Shown here piece by piece: positions 1 to 9,723 of a stretch of 64,000 nt of DNA. How positions within the stretch are numbered: the stretch's first letter is position 1; every line of letters begins with the position of its first letter. This DNA comes from Tagaea sp. (lineage in GTDB: Bacteria; Pseudomonadota; Alphaproteobacteria; CACIAM-22H2). The stretch lies in the NCBI GenBank assembly GCA_965279525.1, contig CBDIIB010000005.1:1248001-1312000 (forward strand), in the 5' to 3' direction. The notes under the pieces were generated by a model. It was not told the DNA's origin. It saw only the letters and a program-made list of their open reading frames with translations, and did no database searches. The position numbers and the translations under genes were made by a program.

Positions 1-303
1 CTCGTAGACCACCGTCAGGCCGCCATAGGCGGCCGCCCACGCGACCCCGAACAGGGCGGCATGGCGCCAGCGCAGGCGACGTGCCCGCTGCAGGACCGGG
101 CGGACCGCGAACAGGATCAGGCCGAACGACCCGGACAGCTTGCCCAGCGTCGTCAGCATGTCGAGCTTGTCGGGGTCGATCTCGGCGGCGGCGACGGTAT
201 CGACCAGATGCAGGTTGAAAGCCGCCTCCGACACGACAAACGCCGCCAGCAGCAAGGCAAGCAGCGGCCACGCGAAATTCCGGTTGGCAGGGGAAGCATT
301 CAT
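1..303 (-). CDS. Hypothetical membrane protein, N-terminal part (runs off the window start)
   Basis: Hand-translated from ATG at 303: MNASPANRNFAWPLLALLLAAFVVSEAAFNLHL...FGVAWAAAYGGLTVVYE; open to position 1; about three hydrophobic segments. Not in the ORF track because it has no stop in the window. Confidence 0.65.
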   Translation of the reverse strand, partial: MNASPANRNFAWPLLALLLAAFVVSEAAFNLHLVDTVAAAEIDPDKLDMLTTLGKLSGSFGLILFAVRPVLQRARRLRWRHAALFGVAWAAAYGGLTVVYE

Positions 304-417
304 GACGGCGGGGGGGACCTGTCGGACGGCCGACTATCGAGTGCCAGAAGTTGCATCTCAAGGCGGCAGATGTAACAGGGTGCGACAGGCGGGATCAGTG
401 ACAGGCATCACATCGCC

Positions 418-522
418 CGGCAGTTCCTGCCGCGGAGGGCCGGTTTCTGCCGGGTATCGGTCTTGGTGATGTCTTTCAACCAATTGATATTATTATGTTT
501 ACAGGTTGGCGCGGCGCTTGCG
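418..522 (+). promoter_or_regulatory. Sigma54 promoter with IHF site and upstream dyad (enhancer)
   Basis: CGGCAG-ttc-CTGCCG at 418-432; TATCAA-TTGG-TTG on the minus strand at 477-489 (IHF WATCAAN4TTR); TTGGCGC-GGCG-CTTGCG at 506-522 (GG-N10-GC). Confidence 0.75.
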
Positions 523-565
523 ATGCGAAGGCACAGAAGCATCGCAACACGTCCCGGAGCCGATC

Positions 566-1198
566 ATGTCGCAAGCCGCCACCGCAAACCTTCCGTCCCA
601 CAAGGGCCTGTTCGATCTCGCTGGCCAGGCCGCCGGCGCACCGCCCTCGCAGACCCCGCATTTCGGCAGCAGCATGCGCATCGAGCCGCGCCTTGTTCCG
701 GTGGTCGCGGCACCCTCTCCGGTACCGGCACCGCAGCCGGCCAAGCAACTGCCCGCAGCCCGTCCGCAGCTTGCCGTCGCGTCGACCAATCTCGTTCCGC
801 GCGGGCCCGCCCCCGCCGGCGGTTCGGCGCAGGTCCAGCCCAAGCCGCAGGCCGGCCCCCGCCGCACGCCCGACGCGATGGAGCCGATGAGCCGCGGCCG
901 TTTCCTGAAGACCATCGAGCACCTCGCCAAGACCGAAGAGGCCAAGGCCGTCGGCGAGATCGTCACGCGCGTGCGCGCGCGCGAAGTCGAGCAGGCGATC
1001 CAGCATGCCGCGCGTGCGCGCGCACGCTATCTTGCCAGCGTCGTCGATCTGGGTGCCAACCGCTCGCCGGTCGGCCGCGTGAACATCGACGAACTCTCCG
1101 GCCTGCGCCGGGCGCACGAGGAACTCTCCAAGGGCATCGACGCGCTGTCGGACGCGATCCGCGAAGGTCTCGTCGACGTGGTCGGCGTCGGCGAGTAG
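566..1198 (+). CDS. Hypothetical protein: Pro/Ala-rich N-terminus, helical C-terminal domain
   Basis: ORF 506..1198; ATG 566 preceded by GGAG; GC3-rich codon usage; lies downstream of the sigma54 promoter. Confidence 0.75.
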   Translation: MSQAATANLPSHKGLFDLAGQAAGAPPSQTPHFGSSMRIEPRLVPVVAAPSPVPAPQPAKQLPAARPQLAVASTNLVPRGPAPAGGSAQVQPKPQAGPRRTPDAMEPMSRGRFLKTIEHLAKTEEAKAVGEIVTRVRAREVEQAIQHAARARARYLASVVDLGANRSPVGRVNIDELSGLRRAHEELSKGIDALSDAIREGLVDVVGVGE

Positions 1199-1256
1199 GC
1201 AGCACCGCCGCCTCCGTCGTAGGATACGCCCGTCGCATTCGACCGATGGGTGGGGC

Positions 1257-1685
1257 TTGGACAACGCACGACCGGACGCCGCCGGAAACACGGCCATCGC
1301 CGCCGTGGTCGTCGACGACGATTCCTTCGCGCTCCGCTTCATGGAAAAAGCGCTCGGCCGGCTCGGCGTGACGCGCGTGCGCAGCTGCCTTTCGGCGCCA
1401 GAAGCGCTGCTTGCGGTCGCCGATGCGGGCGACACGCCCCTGCTCCTCGTTTGCGATCTAAACATGCCCGACATGGACGGGATCGAGTTCCTGCGCGCGA
1501 TCGCGCGCCACCGTTTCCGCGGCTCGGTCCTGATCCTTTCGGGTGCCGACGACACCGTGCGCGAGGCGGCGACCAAGCTTGCGACCGCCTACGGGCTCGA
1601 TCTTGTCGGCACGTTCGCCAAGCCGATGGCGCTCGACAGGCTCGCCGCGATCGTCGCGCGCGTGGCCGCGAAAAACGCGCCATGA
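1257..1685 (+). CDS. Single-domain response regulator receiver (RocR/EAL-associated type REC)
   Basis: VVDDD acidic pocket, CDLNMPDMDG phospho-Asp, ILSG, AKP. Confidence 0.85.
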   Translation: MDNARPDAAGNTAIAAVVVDDDSFALRFMEKALGRLGVTRVRSCLSAPEALLAVADAGDTPLLLVCDLNMPDMDGIEFLRAIARHRFRGSVLILSGADDTVREAATKLATAYGLDLVGTFAKPMALDRLAAIVARVAAKNAP

Positions 1686-2584
1686 ACGGACCGGCTTTGA
1701 AAGGGATCGTCACGTCCCTCAACACGCCCTTCGCGTCCGACGGCAGCGTCGCGCTCGCGGGGCTTGCGCGCCATGTCGAGGTCGCGCTCGACGCGGGCGT
1801 GGTCGGGTTCCTGGTGCCCGCCCTTGCCGCCGAGGTGCAGAAGCTGGCACCCGACGAGCGCGACGCGATCGTGCGCACGGTCGTGGCCACGGCCGGCGGC
1901 CGCGCATCGGTGGTCGGCGGCGCTTCGGCACCCACGCAAGCCGAACGCTGCCGCCATGCCGGCCGGCTTGCGGAACTGGGCTGCGACATCGTGCTCGTGA
2001 ACATGCCGTTCGAATCGCAAGACCAGTACGTTTCCGACATCGCCGGCGTGGCACGTGCGGCCGGCACGCCGGTCATGATCCAGGACTGGGACGCAAGCGG
2101 GTCCGGCGCTCCGCTGCCGGCGATCCTCGCCGCGTTCGAGGCGGTCGACGCGTTCGGCTATCTGAAGATCGAGACGGCGAACGCCGGCCAGAAATACACG
2201 GCGCTGAAGCAGGCGACGGGTGGCAAGGCGCACGTGTCGGGCGGCTGGGCGGTCATGCAGCTCATCGAAGCGCTCGACCGCAACGTGGACGCCTTCATGC
2301 CCACAGCGTTCAACATCGTCTATGTCGCGATCCTGCGCAAATACGCGGCCGGCGACCGCGACGGCGCCATCGCCCTTTTCCGCCGGCTGCTGCCCGTGCT
2401 CGCCTTCTCGAACCAGAGCCTCGAGATATCGATCCTGTTCTTCAAGCGGCTGCTCTGGCGCCAGGGCATCTACCCCACGCCCGACCTGCGCGCGCCCGCG
2501 CCCGCGTTCGACGACTACCAGCTTCGTGTCGCCGACGAGCTGATCGCTCTCGTGATCGCGCTCGAAGCGGAACTTGCGGCCTAG
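1682..2584 (+). CDS. Dihydrodipicolinate synthase-family (class I aldolase/lyase) protein, not canonical DapA
   Basis: LKGIVTSLNTPF, Schiff-base Lys in YLKIE; GTTGE replaced by ALAAE; ATGA overlap with the receiver gene. Confidence 0.8.
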   Translation: MNGPALKGIVTSLNTPFASDGSVALAGLARHVEVALDAGVVGFLVPALAAEVQKLAPDERDAIVRTVVATAGGRASVVGGASAPTQAERCRHAGRLAELGCDIVLVNMPFESQDQYVSDIAGVARAAGTPVMIQDWDASGSGAPLPAILAAFEAVDAFGYLKIETANAGQKYTALKQATGGKAHVSGGWAVMQLIEALDRNVDAFMPTAFNIVYVAILRKYAAGDRDGAIALFRRLLPVLAFSNQSLEISILFFKRLLWRQGIYPTPDLRAPAPAFDDYQLRVADELIALVIALEAELAA

Positions 2585-2820
2585 CGCCGGTCGTCGAGCT
2601 TCGCCGTTTCCGGCAGCTTTTCCGATCCGACGACCGCTTCGCGTTCGAACCGGCAGCCCACCACGCCGTTGTCGAAGCCGCGCCTGGTCCGCCTTGCGAG
2701 GCCTTCCATCATCTCGACGCAGGTCTTCCGGTCCGGGTAGCAGGCGAACTTCATTTCGTCCGCCTTGTCCATCGCAAGGGCCATCATCGCCCATGCGCCA
2801 ACGGCACAAGATACGCTCAT
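2581..2820 (-). CDS. Small hypothetical protein (79 aa, 4 Cys)
   Basis: ATG 2820 with GGGGAG SD; C-terminal part of ORF 2581..3945; shares its stop in a CTAG overlap with the DHDPS-family gene. Confidence 0.55.
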   Translation of the reverse strand: MSVSCAVGAWAMMALAMDKADEMKFACYPDRKTCVEMMEGLARRTRRGFDNGVVGCRFEREAVVGSEKLPETAKLDDRR

Positions 2821-2870
2821 GATCGTCTCCCCCACTTCTTGGGCGGACAGACGTCGGCTCGGATAGCGGC

Positions 2871-3797
2871 CTAGATCCCGATATCCGGGTTGAACACCTT
2901 GCCCGCACCTGCGCGGCTTGACTTGCCGCCTTGATCGAACAGCGAATTGCCGCCGCGCACCGAGGCGACGAGCGGCTCGGCCAGCAACGCCATGGCCATG
3001 ATGGTTTCGGGCTTCAGCGAAGCGCCCTTGAGACCGAACTGTGCGGCGAGTGCCTGGAGCTGCGGGGGCAGCTCGGGCATGCCTTTGCGCGGACCCATCT
3101 GCGGGGCGGCCGGCAGGTCGTCGAGCGTGGCGGCGTCGACCGTGGCGATCTCGCCCGTCATTTTCTTCGCGAAGAAATCGTAGACCTGTCCGAGCGTGCG
3201 GGCACGGCCCGACTGCGGATCGTAGAACACGCCGCGGTTGGCGGCCGCCGCTTCCGGGAACTGGGTCGCCGCGATGCGCTGGGGATCGTTGCGGTGGCTC
3301 GCGAGGAAGCGCGTGGCACCGCCCGCACCCAGGAAATGCGCGAGGTAGAGATCGGTCGAGCTGACGCCCGTGCCCAGCGCGTTTTCGAGCTGGGCATGGT
3401 TCGACTTGGCGAACTCGGCGGCCATCACGCTGGCGGTCTTCGGGTCGTACCGCAGGTCGAGGATGCTGCGCCGTGTCGCGGGATCGCGCACGCGCGGATT
3501 GCCGGCGAAATCGTCCTCGATCTGGGAAGCGGCGTCGGCCAGCCCGTGCTTGGCGCCGTGCTGGCGCACGGTGTTGAGCCAGGTGCTCTCGATGAACTGG
3601 TAGAGGCCCGAAGCCGACGAGGTGCGCGCCTTGGCGCGCGGATCGAAGCTCGATTCGGTCTGGGCCTTGGCGAGCATGTACTTGAAGTCGACGCCGCTGC
3701 GCTGGCTCGCGTCGCGGATGGCGTCGACCACCTCGCGCGAGGCACCGCGCGGCACGGCATCGATCTGTCCGGCTGTTCGAAACGGCCCAATGCTCAT
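2871..3797 (-). CDS. Lytic transglycosylase (SLT domain) protein
   Basis: AQTESSFDP catalytic ES motif, SSASGLYQFIESTW, YLAHFLGAGGA. Confidence 0.85.
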   Translation of the reverse strand: MSIGPFRTAGQIDAVPRGASREVVDAIRDASQRSGVDFKYMLAKAQTESSFDPRAKARTSSASGLYQFIESTWLNTVRQHGAKHGLADAASQIEDDFAGNPRVRDPATRRSILDLRYDPKTASVMAAEFAKSNHAQLENALGTGVSSTDLYLAHFLGAGGATRFLASHRNDPQRIAATQFPEAAAANRGVFYDPQSGRARTLGQVYDFFAKKMTGEIATVDAATLDDLPAAPQMGPRKGMPELPPQLQALAAQFGLKGASLKPETIMAMALLAEPLVASVRGGNSLFDQGGKSSRAGAGKVFNPDIGI

Positions 3798-3854
3798 GAT
3801 TCGATGAGCTTAGCGGCCAAAAGGTAAAGATTTCGCTAAATTTGCCGGGAATTC

Positions 3855-4886
3855 CTAACGCCGGGCCGCCTGGGCGGCCATCTGGGCGAGCGCCATCAGG
3901 CAGCGCTGGGCGACCAGCTCGGCGGGCATGCCGGACGACTTGCACTGGATCTCGGCCTCCAGCAGGCGTTCCAATGCCGCGGTCAGGCGCGGCAGCGGCC
4001 AGCGCGCGAGCTGGGTCTTGAACGGCGCCTTCTCCTTCCAGAAGACCGGCGGGCGCAGCCGGCCCATCGCGGCGTCGGCATCAAGGCCACGCGCCATCTC
4101 GCCCTGCGCCATCTGCAGGCGCTGGAAATGGCGCGCGATGGCGCGCAACACCATGATCGGACTGTCGCCTTCGCTGGCGAGCCGCCCGAACGCGCGGTCG
4201 AGCGATTTCATGTCGCCGCCGGCCGTGGCGCGCGTGAGGTCATCGAGATCGATGTCGGCCGAATCGCCGATGATCGCCACGCAGTCGTCCACGGATGCGC
4301 GCTTGCCGCTGCCGACATAGAGCGACAGCTTCTCGATCTCGCTGCGCGTGATGGCGCGGTCGCCGCCAAGGCGCATCGCCAGCCAGTCGAGCGCGTCGGG
4401 TTCGGCCGAAATGCCGCACGCGGCAAGGCTGTCGGAAATCGTGCGCGAAAGATCGGCGCCTTCGTCGCGATAGCAGGCGATGGATGCCGCGTTGTCGGCC
4501 GCCTCGCACAGCTTGCGAAGGGCCGATTTGCTTTCAAGCTCGCCCGCCTCGATCACGACGAGCCCGTCGCCCTTGGGGTCTTCGAGCAGGTTCTTGACCG
4601 CGGCCAGCGATTCGTTGCCGGCCCCGCGCACGCGCACAAGGCGCCGTCCGCCCAGCATCGGGATGGCGGCCGCCTCGTCGGACAGGCGGGCGGGATCGTC
4701 CTTCAGCGTGTCGGGCGAAAGCTCGGCCACGGCGAACGGATCGGCCAGATCGGGCACGGCGGTGCGCGCGATCGCCTCGGCGCGCTCGCGCACGAGGCCC
4801 GCGTCGGGGCCGAAAAGCAGCACCACGCGGGCGGCCGGGTCCGGTCGCTTGACGAATCCGGCGATGGCGCGGGCGTCGATCTTCAT
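3855..4886 (-). CDS. holA: DNA polymerase III subunit delta
   Basis: LLFGPDAGLVRER, EIEKLSLY, LRPPVFWK, typical alphaproteobacterial HolA. Confidence 0.92.
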   Translation of the reverse strand: MKIDARAIAGFVKRPDPAARVVLLFGPDAGLVRERAEAIARTAVPDLADPFAVAELSPDTLKDDPARLSDEAAAIPMLGGRRLVRVRGAGNESLAAVKNLLEDPKGDGLVVIEAGELESKSALRKLCEAADNAASIACYRDEGADLSRTISDSLAACGISAEPDALDWLAMRLGGDRAITRSEIEKLSLYVGSGKRASVDDCVAIIGDSADIDLDDLTRATAGGDMKSLDRAFGRLASEGDSPIMVLRAIARHFQRLQMAQGEMARGLDADAAMGRLRPPVFWKEKAPFKTQLARWPLPRLTAALERLLEAEIQCKSSGMPAELVAQRCLMALAQMAAQAARR

Positions 4887-4922
4887 GGCGCGGATGATAG
4901 CAGTTTGCTAAGCGTGCGCGCG

Positions 4923-6530
4923 ATGGAACAGAAGATCGACGAAGCGCTTGCCAAGGCAAGGCGCCTGCATGCATCCCGCGACCTCGACGGGGCGCTGGGG
5001 GCCTATGCCGCCATTCTTGCCGCCGACCCGCTCCAGCTCGACGCACTCGACGGGTTGATTTCGATCCTCGAGATGGCGCGCACGCCCGCCTTCCATCCGC
5101 GTCTCGCGGGCCTGATCGAATCGGCACTCGCGACACCCGGTGCCAACACCGACGCGCTGTCGCAGTCCGCCACGGCCCAACTCGTGCGCAAATACCGGAT
5201 GGGCGACCCGCAGCAGGTCCCCGCCCGCGACGTGCTGCTCGCCATGGCGCGCGACGGGCTGATGCTGGCGACCCTCGTGTGCTGCATCGTGCGCGATCCG
5301 GTCTTCGAGGCGTTCATGTGCCGCGTCCGCCGGGCACTCTGCACGCCCGACATGCCGGTGGCGGCGATGCCGCTCGTCCTCGCACTCGCGATCCAGGCCG
5401 ACAACAACGAGTTCATCTGGCCGCAGGACGAGGACGACGCGACGGATCTGGCGGCGCTGGGCAGCGACGCGTTCGCCATTGCGCGACGTGCCATGTACGC
5501 GACACCGGATGCCGCGGCCGGCAATTTCCCCGAGCTTGCCGGGCTTGTCGCCACGACGCTGACCGCACCCCAGAACGTGCGCAACGCGCAGTCGCGCATT
5601 CCCACGCTGATGCCCATCGCCGATGGCACCAGCCTTGCCGTGCGCTCGATGTACGAGGCGAATCCCTATCCGCGCTGGCTGAACCTGCGGCGCATCGTGC
5701 CGTTCGACATCCGTGCCGAGCTTTCGCGCCGCTTCGCCTTCGCGGGTCCCTTCCCCGTCTTCACGAGCCCGCTGCGCGTGCTGATGCCGGGTGCCGGAAC
5801 GGGCCAGCATCCGCTGACGGTCGCGGCCAACTATGCCGACGTGCAGGTCGAGGCGGTGGATCTCTCGCTCGCCTCGCTCGCCTACGGCCTCGTCAAGGCC
5901 GAGACGATCGGCGTGCCCAACATCCATTTCTCGCAAGGCGACATCCTCGACCTGCCGAAGCTGGGCGCAAGCTGGGGCCATGTCGAATCGATCGGCGTGC
6001 TGCACCACATGGCAAGCCCGCGCGCCGGTCTCGAAGCGCTCGTCGCGGTCACCGTCCCCGGCAGCTTCATGCGCCTGGGCCTCTATGGCGAGCATGGCCG
6101 TGCGGCCGTCGTCGAGGCGCGCGCCGCCATCGCCGCGCGCGGTTACGGGTCCGATCTGGCGGGCTTGCGCGCATTCCGTGCCGACGTGCTGTCCGGCGCA
6201 CTCGGCAAGCGGTTGCAGGCCGAGCTGCCGCTCTGGCCGGATTTCCACAGTGCGAGCCTGCTGCGCGACCTGTGCTTCCACGTGATGGAGCACCGCTTCG
6301 ACATCGCCGGCATCCGCCGGCTGCTCGACGGTCTGCCGGTGCGCTTCCTCGGCTTCGATTTCGGCTTCGGCCAGGCGGCCGCGCGCTCCGACGACGTGCC
6401 CGCGACGCGCGCCTACGCCAAGCGGTTCCGCAAGGAAACGACGTTCGCCGATCTCGCGAACTGGGAAGCGGTCGAGAAGGCCGATCCGTCGCTGTTCGGC
6501 GGCTACCAGTTCTGGCTCGTGCGGACCTGA
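4923..6530 (+). CDS. Class I SAM-dependent methyltransferase with helical/TPR-like N-terminus
   Basis: YEANPYPRW, LMPGAGTGQH motif I, VDLSLASLAYG, GVLHH; ATG 4923. Confidence 0.8.
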   Translation: MEQKIDEALAKARRLHASRDLDGALGAYAAILAADPLQLDALDGLISILEMARTPAFHPRLAGLIESALATPGANTDALSQSATAQLVRKYRMGDPQQVPARDVLLAMARDGLMLATLVCCIVRDPVFEAFMCRVRRALCTPDMPVAAMPLVLALAIQADNNEFIWPQDEDDATDLAALGSDAFAIARRAMYATPDAAAGNFPELAGLVATTLTAPQNVRNAQSRIPTLMPIADGTSLAVRSMYEANPYPRWLNLRRIVPFDIRAELSRRFAFAGPFPVFTSPLRVLMPGAGTGQHPLTVAANYADVQVEAVDLSLASLAYGLVKAETIGVPNIHFSQGDILDLPKLGASWGHVESIGVLHHMASPRAGLEALVAVTVPGSFMRLGLYGEHGRAAVVEARAAIAARGYGSDLAGLRAFRADVLSGALGKRLQAELPLWPDFHSASLLRDLCFHVMEHRFDIAGIRRLLDGLPVRFLGFDFGFGQAAARSDDVPATRAYAKRFRKETTFADLANWEAVEKADPSLFGGYQFWLVRT

Positions 6531-6531
6531 G

Positions 6532-9090
6532 CTAGACGACGATATTCACGATCTTGTTTGGCACGACGACGATCTTGCGGGCGGGCTTGCCGGCCATCGC
6601 GGTCTGGACGTTGGGGACCGCGAGGGCGGCGTCCTTCGCCACCTGCTCGGCCGCGTCACGCGGAACCGCGATCGTGCCGCGCAGCTTGCCGTTGACCTGA
6701 ACGGCCAGCGTCACGCTTTCGTCGACCAGCAGGGCGGCATCCGCCTTGGGCCAGCTTTCGTTGCACAGCATCGTCGAATGGCCGAGCTCGGCCCACATCG
6801 CCTCGGCGACATGCGGGATCATCGGGCCGACGAGCCGGACCAGCGTCTCGTAGGCTTCGCGCCGGACCCAGCCGGCGCCCTCGGCTTTCGGATCGAGTTC
6901 GCCCAGCGTGTTGGCGAGCGTGCGGATCTGCGCCACCGCCACGTTGAAGCGGAAGCCTTCGAGATTTTCGGTGACCGACGCGACCGTCTTGTGGACCGCG
7001 CGAAGTGCCGCTTCGGCCGCCGGTGCGAGCGCGTTCGGCTTCGCGGCCCCCTTCGCGGCGAACGGGATTTCCGGCTCCGTCACGTCGCGCCACAGGCGCT
7101 GGATGAAGCGGAAGGCGCCGTCCACGCCCGCTTCGCTCCATTCGAGATCGCGCTCGGGCGGGCTGTCGGACAGCATGAAAAGGCGCGCGGTATCCGCACC
7201 GTATTCGTCGATGATGCGCGCGGGTGCGACGACGTTCTTCTTCGATTTCGACATGACCTCGCGCCGGCCGACCGTGACGGGCGCACCCGTCGCGGTCTCG
7301 ATCACGCTGCCGTCTTGCTTGCGCTCGATCTCCTCGGGATAGAGCCACTTGCCCGCCTGGGACTTGTAGCTCTCGTGGCAGACCATGCCTTGCGTGAACA
7401 GGCCCGCGAACGGCTCGTCGAGGTTGGCGTGCCCCGTCTTCTTCATCGCGCGCGTGAAGAAGCGCGAATAGAGCAGATGCAGGATCGCGTGCTCGACGCC
7501 GCCGACGTATTGATCGACCGGCATCCAGTAATCGCCCGCCGTGCGCGTTACCGGCTCGGTGGCGCGCGGGCTGCAGAAGCGCGCGAAATACCACGACGAG
7601 TCGACGAACGTGTCGCACGTGTCGGTCTCGCGGCGCGCCGGCTTGCCGCATTTGGGGCAGCCGACATGCTTCCACGTCGGATGATGGTCGAGCGGATTGC
7701 CCGGCTTCTCGAAGCTGACGTCGTCGGGCAGTTTCACGGGCAGGTCGGCCGGCTTCACCGGGACCACGCCGCACGAATCGCAATGCACGATCGGGATCGG
7801 GCAGCCCCAGTAGCGCTGGCGGCTGATCAGCCAGTCGCGCAGGCGCCAGATCGTCGTCGGCTCGCCGTTGCCGTCGGCTTTCAGCTTCGCACCGACCGAC
7901 GCCTTCGCCGCTTCGACATCGAGCCCGTCGAGAAAGCCCGAATTGACGATCTTTCCGGGGCCGACATAGGGCTCGGCCCCCACCTTGAAGGTCGCATCGC
8001 CGTCCGGCGACACGACGGTGCGGATCGAAAGCCCGTATTTGGTGGCGAAATCGAAGTCGCGCTGGTCGTGCGCCGGGCAGCCGAAGATGGCCCCGGTGCC
8101 ATAGTCGATCAGCACGAAGTTGGCGACCCACACCGGAAGCTCCACGCCTTCAAGGAAGGGGTGCTTGGCCTTGAGGCCTGTGTCGAAGCCCTTCTTCTCG
8201 AGCTGCTCGATGACCGCGGCCGACGTGCCCGCGTGCTGGCATTCGGCGACGAATGCGGCCAGCGCCGGGTTCGTGGCGGCCATTTCGGCCGTCAGCTTGT
8301 GGTCGGGCGAAAGGGCGAGGAACGAGGCGCCGAACAGCGTGTCGGGGCGCGTCGTGAAGACCTCGACGCGCTCGGCGCGGCCCTTCAGCGCGAAGCGCAC
8401 ATAAGCGCCCGACGATTTGCCGATCCAATGGTCCTGCATCAGCCGGACCTTCTCCGGCCAGCGGTCGAGCGTGCCCAGGGCCGCGAGCAGCTCGTCGGCA
8501 TAGTCGGTGATCTTGAAGAACCATTGCGACAGCTTCTTCTTCTCGACCGCCGCGCCCGAGCGCCAGCCCTTGCCGTCGATCACCTGCTCGTTGGCGAGCA
8601 CGGTCTGGTCGACCGGGTCCCAGTTGACGAAGGCTTCCTTGCGGTGGACGAGACCGGCATCGAAGAAATCGAGGAACAGCTTCTGCTGGGCGGCGTAGTA
8701 GCCCGGATGGCAGGTCGCCAGCTCCTTCGACCAGTCGATCGACAGGCCCATGCGCTTGAGTTCGCCGCGCATCGTGGCGATGTTGTCGTAGGTCCACTTG
8801 GCCGGATGGATCTTCATGTCGCGCGCGGCGTTTTCCGCCGGCAGCCCGAACGCGTCCCAGCCCATCGGATGCAGCACGTTGTAGCCCAGCGCCCGGCGAT
8901 GGCGCGCGACCACGTCGCCCAGCGTGTAGTTGCGCACATGGCCCATGTGGATGCGCCCCGACGGATAGGGAAACATCTCGAGCACGTAATATTTGGGGCG
9001 CGATGGATCGACATGCGCTTCGAACGCGCGTGCGTCTTCCCAGCGCTTCTGCCAGGTCGTTTCGGTTTCGCGGAAATTATAGCGGGCCAT
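6532..9090 (-). CDS. leuS: Leucine--tRNA ligase
   Basis: [13 protein letters not shown] (HIGH), [18 protein letters not shown] (KMSKS variant). Confidence 0.98.
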   Translation of the reverse strand: MARYNFRETETTWQKRWEDARAFEAHVDPSRPKYYVLEMFPYPSGRIHMGHVRNYTLGDVVARHRRALGYNVLHPMGWDAFGLPAENAARDMKIHPAKWTYDNIATMRGELKRMGLSIDWSKELATCHPGYYAAQQKLFLDFFDAGLVHRKEAFVNWDPVDQTVLANEQVIDGKGWRSGAAVEKKKLSQWFFKITDYADELLAALGTLDRWPEKVRLMQDHWIGKSSGAYVRFALKGRAERVEVFTTRPDTLFGASFLALSPDHKLTAEMAATNPALAAFVAECQHAGTSAAVIEQLEKKGFDTGLKAKHPFLEGVELPVWVANFVLIDYGTGAIFGCPAHDQRDFDFATKYGLSIRTVVSPDGDATFKVGAEPYVGPGKIVNSGFLDGLDVEAAKASVGAKLKADGNGEPTTIWRLRDWLISRQRYWGCPIPIVHCDSCGVVPVKPADLPVKLPDDVSFEKPGNPLDHHPTWKHVGCPKCGKPARRETDTCDTFVDSSWYFARFCSPRATEPVTRTAGDYWMPVDQYVGGVEHAILHLLYSRFFTRAMKKTGHANLDEPFAGLFTQGMVCHESYKSQAGKWLYPEEIERKQDGSVIETATGAPVTVGRREVMSKSKKNVVAPARIIDEYGADTARLFMLSDSPPERDLEWSEAGVDGAFRFIQRLWRDVTEPEIPFAAKGAAKPNALAPAAEAALRAVHKTVASVTENLEGFRFNVAVAQIRTLANTLGELDPKAEGAGWVRREAYETLVRLVGPMIPHVAEAMWAELGHSTMLCNESWPKADAALLVDESVTLAVQVNGKLRGTIAVPRDAAEQVAKDAALAVPNVQTAMAGKPARKIVVVPNKIVNIVV

Positions 9091-9186
9091 GTTCGTCGAC
9101 GGACCTTCTCGAAAGGGCCGCCATGAATAGGCGAAGCGAAAGAGTCTGTGAAGGGCGCTTTCGCGCCGCCCTACTTGCTCGCGGCC

Positions 9187-9723
9187 CTACTTGCTTGCCG
9201 ATTGCCGGATCTGGCGGGCGCGCGTCAGGATCGCGTTCTCGACATCGGTGGACGTGCGCGCCTCGACGGCCGCATCGGCCCAGTTGCCGGTCGCGTCGCG
9301 GCGCTGGCGGAACACGGCGGCCTTGATGCCGTCGGCGCGCAGTTCCCGGCCGAGGATGTAGATATTCATCTTGAAGCGTTCGTTCGGCGTCTCGGCCGGG
9401 GCGAACCAGTCGGTGATGATCACGCCCCCGAACGGGTCGGCCGAGGTGACCGGCATGAAGTTGATCGTGTCGAGCGACGCGCGCCACAGCAGCGCGTTGA
9501 CGCCGATGCCGCCCCCGCCGCCTTCTTCCTTCTTGGAGCCGAAAAGGCCCATCAGGCCTTCTTCGCCGAACACGCCGGCCTTCGCCACCTGGTCGCGCGG
9601 CGCATACTGGCGGTCGGTCCCGGGCACGTTTACAGGATAGTTATCCTCAACCTTGAGGCTGCCGCAGGCCGAAAGCGCGACCAGCGCGGTGCCGATGAAA
9701 AGGGCGAGAACGGGATTTCGCAT
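9187..9723 (-). CDS. DUF3576-family lipoprotein
   Basis: Lipobox LSAC; GVNALLWRASLDT, ADPFGGVIITDW; usual position upstream of leuS. Confidence 0.88.
   Translation of the reverse strand: MRNPVLALFIGTALVALSACGSLKVEDNYPVNVPGTDRQYAPRDQVAKAGVFGEEGLMGLFGSKKEEGGGGGIGVNALLWRASLDTINFMPVTSADPFGGVIITDWFAPAETPNERFKMNIYILGRELRADGIKAAVFRQRRDATGNWADAAVEARTSTDVENAILTRARQIRQSASK

Noticed and set aside
7243-7257. LeuS VMSKS instead of KMSKS
   Set aside because: The first Lys is variable and the catalytic second Lys is retained.
6778-9126. Long antisense ORFs (782 aa opposite leuS; likewise 55414..57960 opposite infB, 52626..54770, 47403..49676)
   Set aside because: Shadow ORFs expected from high-GC codon bias; Arg/Ala/Gly-rich with no motifs, opposite well-supported genes.
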